Numbered from the whole stretch's first letter, positions 44,628-56,978 are shown. The stretch: DNA of 63,999 bases, filler included, from Sanchytrium tribonematis (GCA_018985235.1; 23 parts of 23 records of this genome joined end to end with filler, not necessarily neighbours in it), one strand, 5' to 3'. A program made the numbers and translations. Notes: generated from the letters alone by a model not told the origin.

Positions 44628-45816
44628 ATGTATTATGAAACATTTGGGGTCCAAAATTCCATCAGTAAATTCTCGAGTGTTCAAAATGAGCATAATTATT
44701 CAGCTATTCAAGCCAATAGCAATACTTACTACTATCGCCAATATTACCAGGGGCCAGCTAATAAAAGAATTATGATATTAAAGGACATTCTTAACTCCCT
44801 AGAACTCAAACCAGCGGTGTTGCTACGCTCTCTATATGGATTTCATCGATACGCAGTAGAATTAGAGCATTTTGAATTTGTAAAAATTATTGATTTTTTC
44901 TTGAAATTGCCATATTTGCCTGATAACTGGAGAGAGATCACTGATACTGGACTCATTGACTTTATTATGAACTATAAACACCAGAAACAATTCAATTTTA
45001 AGATATTTTTACTCAGTGATACTTTGAGATCAAAATTTGAAAATTTAGAGGACCTGGTCTATTTCAATTTAATGGTGTACTCCAGCAACTTCACAAGATC
45101 AAATCCGAAAATGACCGGAATTATCATTCATCCTCTTACTTGGCATCCAGAGTCATTAGCCATCAACAATGTGATCATATGGTACATACATGTATGTCAT
45201 TTGGCATCAAAGCATTAAAAACTGCCTTTCTAGCAGCAAGACACCAATTACACAAAAATCTTATCCAAGCCACAAATCCATGGTTATTAAGCAAACAGCA
45301 TCACCAGTCATAGTAACAGACTACTACACACTATTGCCAGCCATCAGTCCAGTTACTCCACCGAGAGATTTCTTGTTGAAAATCAAATATTGGGACCCAG
45401 TGAATTACAAAGCAAAGATAGAACCAGTACCCGTCACTTTAAAATCAGATGACTGCACTATCAAATCCATCTTAGACAGACATATCCCCCAGGAAATCAA
45501 GATGCCAAAGATTAAAAGCATTTACATTATCAAATCTGATGGAAATAGAGAGGCAGTGCGAATCAACTGCCACTTGGCAAGAATCACTACAGGACAGGTT
45601 ATTGAACTCACAGTCGAGTACTCTGCTCCTCTTGATCGGTATTTCACTTTAATTTTAGAGAAAAGGCGAATCAATGTTAATTCAACATGTGCTGATTCAT
45701 TGGATTCCTCTTCTCTAAAGCGTCCCATGACAACACGTGCTGCTAATACAGTGTACAACAAAAGAATCTGCAGACCAGAATCATCCAAAACAGTGTTTGT
45801 ATCTAAAATCAAATAA
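44628..45816 (+). pseudogene. Frameshifted ORF upstream of LINE ORF2 (possible ORF1)
   Basis: Two overlapping ORFs directly upstream of, and co-oriented with, the EN-RT remnant; assignment positional only. Confidence 0.3.
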
Positions 45817-46099
45817 GCCAAAACAGAGTTTATTATGGATTAAAATGGATAACAACAAGTGATACCCATTCTACTACTTTAAACAATGTAATTTAAAGGA
45901 TGCAAAGCACTTCATTGACTCAAGAATCGAAAATGTGGATTGTAGTGAGTCAAAGATCTATTCTGGGATAAAATTGATTAATGATGACTTTGAAATAGAT
46001 AATTGGAAAAAGAAATAGTAATTGATGTACGTCTTAGAGTTGGAAATGGTGATCTACTCACTGATCACAGTGTGGCAGATCAAATCCATGATTTTTGCG

Positions 46100-48300
46100 T
46101 CATAAGCTACAATTAAAGAGGAGATAGGCAAGGAAGTCTAAAAACAGAGTTGAGATCTCTAATAGATATGCACAAACCAGATATCTTACATTTGACTGAA
46201 TATAGCTTAGATACGAAGAAGGATATTCGATTAAATGGATATTCACAATTTAAACTCCTATTCCTCCACGAGGTGGAATAACATCACTCGAATGAATCAT
46301 AATACAAAGCATTGCCATAGAGTTGAAATTGATGGACATGCCTTCTCCTTTCTTTATATTCCCCCTAGAATTATGGGAAGTCTTTCTCTAGTCCATTCAG
46401 AACTCCAAGTAGCATTTGAATCTAAAATTATTGTTGTTGGTGATGCCAAAATGCACATGTCCATGATTCAAAATAAGTCAAATAGGGTAGGAATATCATT
46501 TGAGACATTTATTAGCAATTTTGCATATTCGTGTAGAAATTCTCCCAATATAAGCACCATGAGAAATGGTATTAATGTAAATGATGTTCTACTTGTCCAC
46601 CAATCCAAACTAGATCGCACTAGCAATGTTGAAGTATTAACAGAAGAAGATGAAATTTAGATATTCTCTTGATTACAAAATTGCAATTCTACGTAATATC
46701 AGATGGAGTAAATTAAAGAATGATACCATTCTTCGTCTATCCCTACAAGAAAAATTAAAACATGAATTTGAGACAAATAAGATTGCATTTGAAAATATGT
46801 CTGTGAATGATAAATGGAGCTACCTATTGAAGGTCTGTACTAAACATGCAACCAAAATACTTGGCACAAGCAATATCCTGGATAACTCGCAAATGCATGA
46901 TTTTGATAATGTTATTCAAATTCTAAATATTCGTAAAAATAAACTAAAGCGCAAACTGAAGAAGAGAAACATCTCAGTTACACGAAGAGAAAAAATTAAA
47001 CTCCAAATTGACTGCATAAGCAAGAAATTAAAAAATCAGAGATCCAACGAGCATAACGAAGAGTTAGGAAATATATTGAGAATATTAATAAAAACCAAAG
47101 TAGCGCCTTTGTCGAGTTATGCAGACTACGACAGTAAAAGAGATCTAATCACTCTTTTAATTGTGATCTTGAGAGAGCTATTCAGTACCAACAGACTCAT
47201 TTCTCCCAAAATCCTTCTGATTGGCCAGATGAAATCCCTCAACCAAGTCATCTAGTGAATGCCGTTGCAAGAAAGGTCTTCACCACTGAACGTATAATCA
47301 ATGCATTTAAGCATTCAAATAGCAACAAAGTGTCTGGTGATGCCATACCGGCTATTCTTCTCAAAAATCTACCAGAAATTGGATATGAATTATTTCAAAG
47401 TTTCTTTAGTCAATGTTATCTTGAATGCAATCTCCCATTGACCTGGCTCCTCTCAGTTACTGTTGACGAGTTTAAAAGCGGAAATGAAAGTGATCCTAGC
47501 AGATATAGGCCCATCAACCTATTATCATTCACATATAAAATTTTCCAACAAATATGTTACTACTCACTTTATAGGGATAAAATACATCCTAGCATTCGGC
47601 AGCATGGATTCTGCAAACAGCGCAGCTGCAGCTGCCAAATCTATTCAGTTTTAACACAAATCAAGAAATTCAAACATTCCCATCAGCAGGTTCATATGCT
47701 TGTTAAGGATCTCTCATCTGCCTTTGATTGTATTCTGCATAAAGATCTTTATGAAATACACAAACCTCTTATATCATCACAAGATTTGAATCTATTAAAA
47801 ACCATTATCACAAAACAATCGTTTTAATTCCGTTGTGATTCTAATCAAACTGCCATTCCATTCATGAGAGGCAATCCACAGGGTGGCACACTAAGAATTC
47901 TGTTGTTTGCCGACACATCACATAGGCAAACAATAAATGATTTCTCAATCCACATCTACGCCGATGACTTACTATTGGTGTGCAATAGCTACCAAAATGC
48001 ACAATTATTGAGTAATCTTATATCGCATTTAAATCTTTCTCATGAAATATCAGTCCCAAAAGCAAATAATATGAAGTATCTGGGTGTTTATTGATTATGC
48101 ATCAGATGTCAAGTCACGCATTGACAAAGTCAATTTTGCAATTGGGTAGATTAAATGGACAAGCACGTTTCAGTCATTTCAAGGTGCTTATAAGCAGATT
48201 TATCGAGGAGTGGTGATGCCAATTTACACATATGCTTTAGAAGTATATGGTGAAGAAGGTATTGTAATGCTATCATTCGCAATTTACATTCCAACGAATT
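46100..48300 (+). mobile_element. Degenerate non-LTR retrotransposon ORF2 (APE endonuclease + RT)
   Basis: PDILHLTE, LYIPP, IIVVGD; YRPINLLS..YKIF, QHGF..QRSC, DLSSAFD, GNPQGG, YADDL, KYLGV; many stops and frameshifts; boundaries approximate. Confidence 0.85.
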
Positions 48301-48605
48301 TAGACTCCATCAATTGAAGAATAACTATGGGGTTTGGCGTCCTTTGAATGATTCATGTTGGCAATTTTATTGAGTTTCTATGCAGTAGGTGGAGAAATTC
48401 CAAATAATCCTAAACATTGTAAAATTCACACTGATCCGAAAGAAATTAGCAAATGCCTTGTAAAGAACACCAAAGCAATTGATCAGAAAAATAAAATATT
48501 GCACAATTAATCCGTGTTAATAGTTACTTGTCCTATTTCATCAATCATAATATCAGCCATTTAAATCTATCAAATGAATCAATGATTCAGTTGTTAGGAA
48601 CCTAT

Positions 48606-49189
48606 TCAAACAAAATCATCCTTTCCCCAAATACGAGTGTCTTGTTTAGATACAAAAGTGAACTTATTTAAATCCTTGACAATATATTCTATAGTGTTAC
48701 TTTGAATATAACCTCGAGTGATTTGATCATTAACATATAAAATGGCCTGATCATTTCCATCCAAGGCACTTTTGATTTTATTAGCCATTTGATTTGAATC
48801 TATCAAATTTAATCTATCTTCACAGTACCAACCAAATCGCTGAGTCGGATCATCTTCAATTTTCATTTTGTTTCAATCCGCTTATTTTCATTCCAATCAG
48901 ATTCGATTAAAGTCGCTTGAAGACGCGTTTCACCAGTCAATGTCATTATAAAATGCACCAACTGAAATCGATTCTCATTTTGAATATGGGTTTGTTCCTC
49001 TGAATTCATTTCTACCGTAAATTTGTGTTTCAATGACTTTTTAGATATTTCAAATGTACTTGCTTTGTCAGATGATTCAGAAATCCAATTGTTGTTGTTG
49101 TTTTGATAAGAATATGTAGTCTGCACTTTGTCATGTATTTTTAATTCCAGTATCAATTGTGACATTGCAAATGCCATCCAAATTATCAT
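48606..49189 (-). pseudogene. Frameshifted member of the C-x(n)-W-x-C family
   Basis: Signal MIIWMAFAMSQL; break at ETK*; continues GWYC...SNQMANKI. Confidence 0.65.
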
Positions 49190-49456
49190 GTTGTCAATAA
49201 GTACGGTCAATCTTCAAATACAAAATCAAGTGGTACAAATATAAATCATACCAATCAAATGATGCCACGTGCATTACTCGAAACAAATAGACAATCCCCC
49301 GATTTTATCAGTTTTATCACCCAATGACAATGTTCACAGAGTGAGGCACTGTACATCTTCATCAAATTCATTTATTGGTTGACCCAATCAGTCTGGTCTA
49401 ATGGTTGTGAATTTGTGATTATCAGCAAATGAACAAATAAATCAAAAGTAATTTAT

Positions 49457-50092
49457 TTAATTTACTTCCTGATACAATCGTGTTAAATCTCGTTCAATGT
49501 CTGCTTCAGTTGAAGAACTACCAATCTTATAAATGTATCTCATTTGTTGATTTTTATGTACAGTCACTTGCCATTTTTCAGCATTATTATAAATCTTGTT
49601 TGCCATTCCATGAATTGATAAATGTTCCTCATTTCTGCAATACCATTTCTTCAGAAATTCATCTGTATCTGGTACAATATGTGGCAAATAATCCACACAC
49701 ATTTCAGTCGATTTACCATGCGTAAATGTCACTGAATAGAGTGGCTTATTGGTTAATTGAATCAAATCCTGTAAAACTCGAAAGAATGAATAATTATCAA
49801 TACCAAAAATATTGTTTTTATATGTTTTTATGACTTTATCATTATTTTTAACTTGTACATCAAATTTGTATGGCCATAAACCAACATGATTATTGAAAAA
49901 GGATATAATCTGTCCTGCCATTTCTAATGTATTAAAAAGAATATCGCTACCTGAATATAAGTACAACCAATTTGCAGTGGTTGGTGCTTTTAATTTCCAC
50001 TGATTATACTGATCTAAATAATACGTTTTTGTTGTACTGGGGTGTGTCATTGTAATTGTCACTGTTGCAAATACAAATGCAGTCCATAACAT
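49457..50092 (-). CDS. Secreted two-unit member of the C-x(n)-W-x-C family
   Basis: MLWTAFVFATVTITM; PLYSVTF..STEMCVD...KWYC...SIHGMANKI. Confidence 0.72.
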   Translation of the reverse strand: MLWTAFVFATVTITMTHPSTTKTYYLDQYNQWKLKAPTTANWLYLYSGSDILFNTLEMAGQIISFFNNHVGLWPYKFDVQVKNNDKVIKTYKNNIFGIDNYSFFRVLQDLIQLTNKPLYSVTFTHGKSTEMCVDYLPHIVPDTDEFLKKWYCRNEEHLSIHGMANKIYNNAEKWQVTVHKNQQMRYIYKIGSSSTEADIERDLTRLYQEVN

Positions 50093-50487
50093 GAGATCAA
50101 AGTGCATTTGATTTCAAATAGTACCCCTTTAAGTGATTGACCAATGAATTCAATGCACGTGGGAATACAAAAATGTACAAGTAGGACAGAATTGTGCAAT
50201 AGAATTGTCTCAGTATTTATTAAAGCCATGAATCATGTCAATAAATATTGTCAATAAAATCATCATCCTATTCACTTTTCATTTGAATAGCAAATGGAGT
50301 CGTGCAAAAGTGTACAAATAGAGTACAAATGATTCGTGTACCAATGAAATAATTTCATGTGATTTTTGTACATTTGTGTGTATTGTTGTACGCATGCAAG
50401 TCACATTCACATTCACACTTTCCGCCAAGCTCACATTATTAACTGATCACATTCAATCTAATTTCAACTGACATTATCTCATTAAAA

Positions 50488-51126
50488 TCATTTATTGTCA
50501 ATAGTTTCCACGAGTTTCAATTGATCCAATTTAATTTTCAATCTATCTTTAAAATCGGATACATTTTCACCCTTATTGGGCTTTAATTTCTCAGATGTGG
50601 GATTGTCTTTTGCACTAATTTGAGTAGACAATGTTGCTTTCAATTCATGATTCATCACAATTTGATTAACCACAGTAATAGTACTATACTCGTGTGTACC
50701 GATATTACAATACCATCGATTGTTAGATTCGACATGTTCATTTGACAAATACTTGATACATGATCGATCCGTCTGGAAACTTCTAAATCTATCTGACCAT
50801 TTCTTTTTTGAGTCAACTGTCACTTTAAAAACTGGCAACCCACTATATAGCAACAATTGTTTTAATGTTTCAAATTCACGGTGAAGATTTGATTCTCCAA
50901 AACGATGTTCCTCATCTCCATTCTTGATTGTTACAGTTTTATCAACAGAACCTACGCCCACCCTTTCAAGATGCTCAATCATCTTTTTCATCATATGTAA
51001 TGAGTGAATCGTCTCCGTATCTTTTTTCCAATGTTGCCCATTCAATGTATAGGTTCTAGGTGCTTCATTCTTGCGTGAAAATATGACTTTTACTACTGCA
51101 AATACGACTGCAATCAACATGTGCAT
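50488..51126 (-). CDS. Secreted two-unit member of the C-x(n)-W-x-C family
   Basis: MLIAVVFAVVKVIFSR..RTY; PVFKVTV...SC...RWYC...STITVVNQI. Confidence 0.72.
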   Translation of the reverse strand: MHMLIAVVFAVVKVIFSRKNEAPRTYTLNGQHWKKDTETIHSLHMMKKMIEHLERVGVGSVDKTVTIKNGDEEHRFGESNLHREFETLKQLLLYSGLPVFKVTVDSKKKWSDRFRSFQTDRSCIKYLSNEHVESNNRWYCNIGTHEYSTITVVNQIVMNHELKATLSTQISAKDNPTSEKLKPNKGENVSDFKDRLKIKLDQLKLVETIDNK

Positions 51127-51273
51127 TTGGGGGACATGCTGCTACAAATAGTACCCCTTGTCATGATTGACCANNNNNNNNNNNNNNNNNNNNNNNNNNN
51201 NNNNNNNNNNNNNNNNNTTAATTAATTAANNNNNNNNNNNNNNNNNNNNNNNNNNNNNNNNNNNNNNNNNNNN

Positions 51274-52151
51274 GTGGCAATTAATATTTTGATTTTACCA
51301 CTTTTAAAACATTTTAGAGCATTTAATCGATCATTTTGAGTCATATCAGAGTGCAATGACTTACAGGAATACCCTAGTGCATCTGCCATGTGTTGCATTT
51401 TAGCACATTCGAAACTAGTGGGCATAAATAAAATAATTGATTTTTCAGATAATTGTTTAAATATATGTAGTAAATAAGCATCACGAATTAGAAATGGCAT
51501 AAATAAGTAATATTGTTTCAATCTGTCTACTGTATTATACCGTGGAGCACATTCATAAATAAATGCATTTTTGGCTGCATTTTTAATTATTTTTGTCATA
51601 GTGGCACTAAATAGTAGATTATGTCTATTTTTGGGTAGTTTATTGAATATTAATTTGAGATGGGGTGCAAATTGTGCATTGATGACCCTATCTGACTCAT
51701 CAATGACCAAATATTTAGTGTGATTGAACATGGTGTTGCAATTTGCCAATAATTCTGATAATCGACCAGGTGTTGCAATAATCAAATGTGGCTTGTTATT
51801 AAATGCCATGGATTATTTTAATATATTCATTCCCCCACAAATTACTGCTGTTTTTAAATGCATGTTTCCATGATTAATGGCATGAAATTGCTCATCAATT
51901 TGATAAGCGAGTTCTCTAGTAGGTGCTAATATGACAGCGAATACACCATATGGATCTTTTGCCAATTCATTTAATATTGGAAGCACAAAAGTAGCAGTTT
52001 TACCAGATCCTGTTAATGCGGCACAAACTACATTTTTGCCATTTAATATTTGTGGAATTGCATTTGATTGTATTTCAGTGGGTTGCGTGATTTTTAATAG
52101 TTTTAAATTGTTGTGAATCCATGGATCTAAACCCAATTCTAAAAATGACAT
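51274..52151 (-). CDS. DBP8: DEAD-box helicase Dbp8/DDX49 with in-frame TAA at 51813-51815 (3' truncated)
   Basis: PTEIQ, TGSGKT, LAKDPYGVFA, PTRELAYQI, TPGRL, DESD, SAT; both ORFs are in the same frame. Confidence 0.85.
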
Positions 52152-52183
52152 TTATCCCGTTGTTTTTAGGGGTAAAAATCGAT

Positions 52184-52628
52184 TTATTCTTTGAGCCATT
52201 CGTGTTGTAATGCATCTGAGAAACTCATTCTGTCTGTAGGTCTTAGCTTTGTTAATTTATTAATGAAATCAATCATCAAATCCGATGCATATTGGCTACT
52301 AAATCCATTTCTGTGAATGGTAAAAAATGTTTTAATATTCCCAACATCTACAGCACTCGCAATTGCTGTCCCAATTGAGTAAATATCAGTCAATTTAGTG
52401 TCATATACTAATTTGCCGTCTATCATTATTCTATATGTGTCGCACATGATTTCTGGTGCTGCAAAATATGGAGTTCCGATTTCAAGGGTTGCATATTTGT
52501 TAAAATTAACAAATTCAAAATCAGCCAGTATGAATTCCTCATTATCATAAAACATGTTTTCTAATTTGATATCCATATGAGCTGCATTCATCTGATGTAA
52601 TTTCTGAATAGCAACAATCAAATTTCGA
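52184..52628 (-). CDS. Ser/Thr protein kinase C-lobe fragment
   Basis: HMDIKLEN, ADFE, GTPYFAAPE, DIYSIG, R...ALQHEW. Confidence 0.85.
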
Positions 52629-52728
52629 NNNNNNNNNNNNNNNNNNNNNNNNNNNNNNNNNNNNNNNNNNNNTTAATTAATTAANNNNNNNNNNNNNNNN
52701 NNNNNNNNNNNNNNNNNNNNNNNNNNNN

Positions 52729-53332
52729 CAAAAATCAACCCATTTTTAAATCCAATTTCAAATCTCATCAATTTGATATATTTTATTTATTAGATACAAA
52801 ATGCAAACAGCATTTAAATGGATATGATGCATGTTTTCCAACGACAACACATTCTTGTGGCATGTCTATTTTGTATAATTCTAAAACACGGCAGATGATT
52901 GAATATATTCAAGGATATCAATATTGGACAGTCATGAAAATGCCTCAATTGGCTATATTAAGTATTTATAATGCACCTAGTATAGAGAATCATAGTATTT
53001 ATGAGATAATTAGGGATTTTACAATGTCACATGAAAATATTTCAAAATATATTTGTGGTGATTTTAATATGAATTTATCAAGAATGAATAAATGGGATAA
53101 ACTATTGTTGAATCAATTTATTCAATTTGGATATTGTAAATGTGACTATGCGCCACCCAATTTGACTACATTTGAAAGAATGTGCAACAAGAAATTACAA
53201 TCTTCGCAAATTGATCATGTCTTTGCATGTCATCGGCATCAATTTAAGCCATTACAAGTACAACCACGATGTCATCCAATATCCAACATCTCTGATCATA
53301 AATTGATTGAATTTTCAGTCCCAATTTATTAA
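52729..53332 (+). CDS. APE/EEP-family endonuclease domain (5' truncated)
   Basis: FDIFYLLDTK, SIYNAP, ICGDFN, SQIDHVF, SDHKLI; open from the contig edge. Confidence 0.8.
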
Positions 53333-53345
53333 ATAATAAATTTAA

Positions 53346-54083
53346 TTAAGCTGTTAAAATATGATATCTGACATCTTGTGGTACCCTTCCAAATGCAATT
53401 TGTGTCTCTGAAAGCACTCCAAATGTCCATGGATCCATTTCACTCCAACAACACCCCGTGATACTCGGTTCATGAATATTATCCCATTTTGCAATTAATG
53501 AATTCTCTAATAGATTCTCTTGATCCATCACTTGCTTACTAGAATATTGTGCTAAATCATATAATATCACAGCACCATCTGCACCCGTGGTCATGATTAA
53601 TTGGTCATAACTCGGATTATATTTGCAATTCATGACCCAATGCGTGTGATCATGTAATTCCATAACTGCATTACTTGGATTTCGCGTATCCCACACCAGG
53701 CAGCATCTATCCATCCCACCACTTGCAAAATAATGAGATACATTTGAATTGACATCTAATGACAAAACTTGTCCCTGATGCTGATTAAACTCAATTTTAC
53801 TTTTACTGAGTGGATCTACCATGCAAATAGTAGATCCAGAAGCGATTAAATCATATTTTTTGGATTTGCAAATAGTTTGAATTTGCTTAAAGGAGGATGT
53901 GGGTGTAAATTGCCATGTATTGGCATCTAAATATCCTAATTGTGCATCATTGGGTGTATTATTGGTAGTGGGTGTCTTTTTAACAGCTAATAAATCATGA
54001 TTTAACACGATATGCTCTAAATTGACTGAATAATTATCATGATTTGTGATTCTTAAACCAAATTGGTTTTTATCATAATAAGT
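53346..54083 (-). CDS. WD40 protein, EIPR1/TSSC1-like (5' truncated)
   Basis: HTHWV...YNP.YDQLI.T.G.DG.V.L, HE.SI....WS..DPW.F. Confidence 0.75.
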   Translation of the reverse strand, partial: TYYDKNQFGLRITNHDNYSVNLEHIVLNHDLLAVKKTPTTNNTPNDAQLGYLDANTWQFTPTSSFKQIQTICKSKKYDLIASGSTICMVDPLSKSKIEFNQHQGQVLSLDVNSNVSHYFASGGMDRCCLVWDTRNPSNAVMELHDHTHWVMNCKYNPSYDQLIMTTGADGAVILYDLAQYSSKQVMDQENLLENSLIAKWDNIHEPSITGCCWSEMDPWTFGVLSETQIAFGRVPQDVRYHILTA

Positions 54084-54183
54084 NNNNNNNNNNNNNNNNN
54101 NNNNNNNNNNNNNNNNNNNNNNNNNNNTTAATTAATTAANNNNNNNNNNNNNNNNNNNNNNNNNNNNNNNNNNNNNNNNNNNN

Positions 54184-55533
54184 CTCTAAAGCATACGCGG
54201 AAGCTGGAGGACTACGAGAATAAATTGAAGCACCTGATTCAATTAATTAAAGGATATTATCAAATGAAACATCATGATTTAATGGTGCAAAGACAAAGTG
54301 AACCTGGTTTGGTTGAAGTTGCATTGAGTCAGCCAAAAGCCCGCAATTCGAACAGTTTGTTAGAGCAAAGCGACATGCATAAATTAAGAAACCCCGATAT
54401 TTCTAATAGGCTAGAAAGTATAGGGTGGAAACAATCTTCTAATGACGAGTACTTCAGACAAATGATTGGATCTTACTCAAGAAATAAAAAGAAGGATTTA
54501 GTAGACTTTGAAACCCAAAAAGAAATAGAATGGCTGAAAAAGAATAGGCCCCATCCTGTGCATCCTATCAAACCAATCAGGGTACAAAATAGATACAGCA
54601 TACCACCTCAAATGAGCGGTCTATCAGATTCTAAATTGGATGACCAACTTATAGCAAGTTTAGAATCTCTAAAATATTATCAGAAGTCCTCAGATTGGGG
54701 CTCTCAGCTTCAAGAAATTCCTGTGGCACCTAATATTGATATACCTAATACACCTACAAGTGACAATAAGCAAAAAAGTCATACGCAACTACCCACATTG
54801 GGGAGTAAGAGAAATAGCATTATTGATGCAGCAGGGCTTCACAATTCAAATCAGAAAGACGAGATATTCAAAGACTTTGGTCCTTACAAGAACGTGGCTA
54901 TTGATCTTGATTCTGACAATGAAAATGTCGGAGAGTCAATTTTTCCAAAACCCGTGTATAAAATAAAGGAAGACTCAGCTATTATTAGTGAAAATCCTCA
55001 ACATTCCGAAAAAGCAAACTTGGGAGAGTCGAAGCGAGACATCTCAACCTTTGCCCGAACATCATTGCTAGACTCATTTCCTTCTCTGGAAAAGAGTATC
55101 AACACAGAGACGAATTTGAGTTTAAATAGTGATGACATTAAATTCTATAAGGAAAGTTCAGATGAAACCTCAAAAGAAGTCACTGAAAAGCTATCTGACA
55201 ATAACGAAAACGTAGTTCAGTCAATTTCGGAGCCAAAATTTTTCGATCCATCAAACAATGTTAGCGCCAATAGATCTGATCCCAAATTTAATGATAACTT
55301 CAAACTTCCGTCTGATTCAATATCTATTTCGGATGAGTTTTCTTCTAATTTAGATAACAATTCAAATAATTCTTCTAGTCAATCACCAGGAATGGTAGAT
55401 TCAGATGTTTCAGAAACAAATTATTCTAACGACAAGCCTGAGGATCCTGAAGACACTCATAAAGGTGAATTGCTAGAAGGTGTGCCAATTATAATGTCCA
55501 ATAACATACCTCCAACAACTCCTATTAATCTGG
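54184..55533 (+). CDS. Low-complexity S/N/D/E-rich protein fragment
   Basis: Long ORF spanning the contig; no family recognised. Confidence 0.55.
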
Positions 55534-55688
55534 NNNNNNNNNNNNNNNNNNNNNNNNNNNNNNNNNNNNNNNNNNNNTTAATTAATTAANNNNNNNNNNN
55601 NNNNNNNNNNNNNNNNNNNNNNNNNNNNNNNNNTGAATCTAATATTATCAAACAAATGGTATTAAACAATTTCTAAAAAATAAAGTCT

Positions 55689-56978
55689 TTATTTTCTTAG
55701 TCGAATTTCTACTGCATTGTGATGTCCATCCAGCTCTTCTAGTTTGGCTAATCTCATTACAGTAGGCCCTAAATTTTCTAGTCCATCTCTGGATATTTCC
55801 TGTTCGGTGATAAATTTGACAAAGGTACTTGTTGATACACCTCCGTACATTTTTGCAAAACCGTGGGTAGGAAGTGTGTGATTTGTACCTGAAGCATAGT
55901 CACCACAACTTTCAGGAGTGTATGCGCCAATAAATATGGAACCTGCATTTTGAACTTTAGAAGCGAGATTATTACAATCTTTGTTTTGTAATATTAAATG
56001 CTCCGGGGCGTAATCGTTAATTATGTCCAACACATCCTTTTCAGAACTAACCGATATAATGGTAGAGTGTTGCAATGACTTTGAGACGATGTCTTTTCGG
56101 GGAAGCTTTTCAGCTTGCTTATAAATTTCCTCCAGTAAAGATTTCAATCGTTCCTGGGTCAGATTGAGACCTAAGCAAATGACCTGAGAATCTACGCCAT
56201 GTTCAGCTTGAGATAATAAGTCTGAAGCTACAAATGCAAAATTTGAATTGTTATCACAAACAACCATCACCTCAGATGGACCTGCAGGCATGTCGATCGA
56301 AACACATGCTTCCATATCAGATTGTACAATGCATTTCGCAGCTGTTACGAACTGATTACCAGGTCCGCAAATTTTAAAAACCTTTGGACAACTTTCAGTT
56401 CCATAAGCCAAGGCTGCTACTGCTTGAGCACCACCAGCCATTAAAATGTGAGTTGCTCCAACCTTTTCCGCTACATATACAATTTCAGGACTAGGATAGC
56501 CTTTAAATGGACCTTGCTTACAAGGTGGAGTGGCAAATACAATTGTTTTACATCCAGCTGACTGGGCAGGTATGCCAAGCATCAGAGCTGTTGATGGTAG
56601 AACTGCAGTACCTCCTGGGATATAAAGTCCCACAGACTCGATAGGAACGGGGCGTCGACCACATTTAACACCTGGAGTAGTTTCGATACTTAGCGGACCT
56701 TGTACTTGAGCATCATGAAATATTTTAATGTTATTATAGGCTTTGTCAATTGCAACTTTTACTTCTAATTCAAGAGATTCGCTAAATCTTTTATCAAAAG
56801 GTGCTGTCATTACATTTTGTGATATTTCGACACCATCGAATTGCTTTGTTAATTTCAGGACTGCAGAATCTCCGAATTGTTTTACCTCTTTCATTATTGG
56901 CTTTACAATACCACTAACGTCCCTAATGGTAGATCTCCTTAGAGAATTTCGAATTTCTTGAATTAGAAGTAAAAGTAG
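55689..56978 (-). CDS. HIS4: Histidinol dehydrogenase domain (5' truncated; probably His4)
   Basis: VGLYIPGGTAVLPST, GPGNQFVTAAK, IDMPAGPSE, SQAEHG, APEHL, GDYASGTNHTLPT. Confidence 0.93.
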   Translation of the reverse strand, partial: LLLLLIQEIRNSLRRSTIRDVSGIVKPIMKEVKQFGDSAVLKLTKQFDGVEISQNVMTAPFDKRFSESLELEVKVAIDKAYNNIKIFHDAQVQGPLSIETTPGVKCGRRPVPIESVGLYIPGGTAVLPSTALMLGIPAQSAGCKTIVFATPPCKQGPFKGYPSPEIVYVAEKVGATHILMAGGAQAVAALAYGTESCPKVFKICGPGNQFVTAAKCIVQSDMEACVSIDMPAGPSEVMVVCDNNSNFAFVASDLLSQAEHGVDSQVICLGLNLTQERLKSLLEEIYKQAEKLPRKDIVSKSLQHSTIISVSSEKDVLDIINDYAPEHLILQNKDCNNLASKVQNAGSIFIGAYTPESCGDYASGTNHTLPTHGFAKMYGGVSTSTFVKFITEQEISRDGLENLGPTVMRLAKLEELDGHHNAVEIRLRK

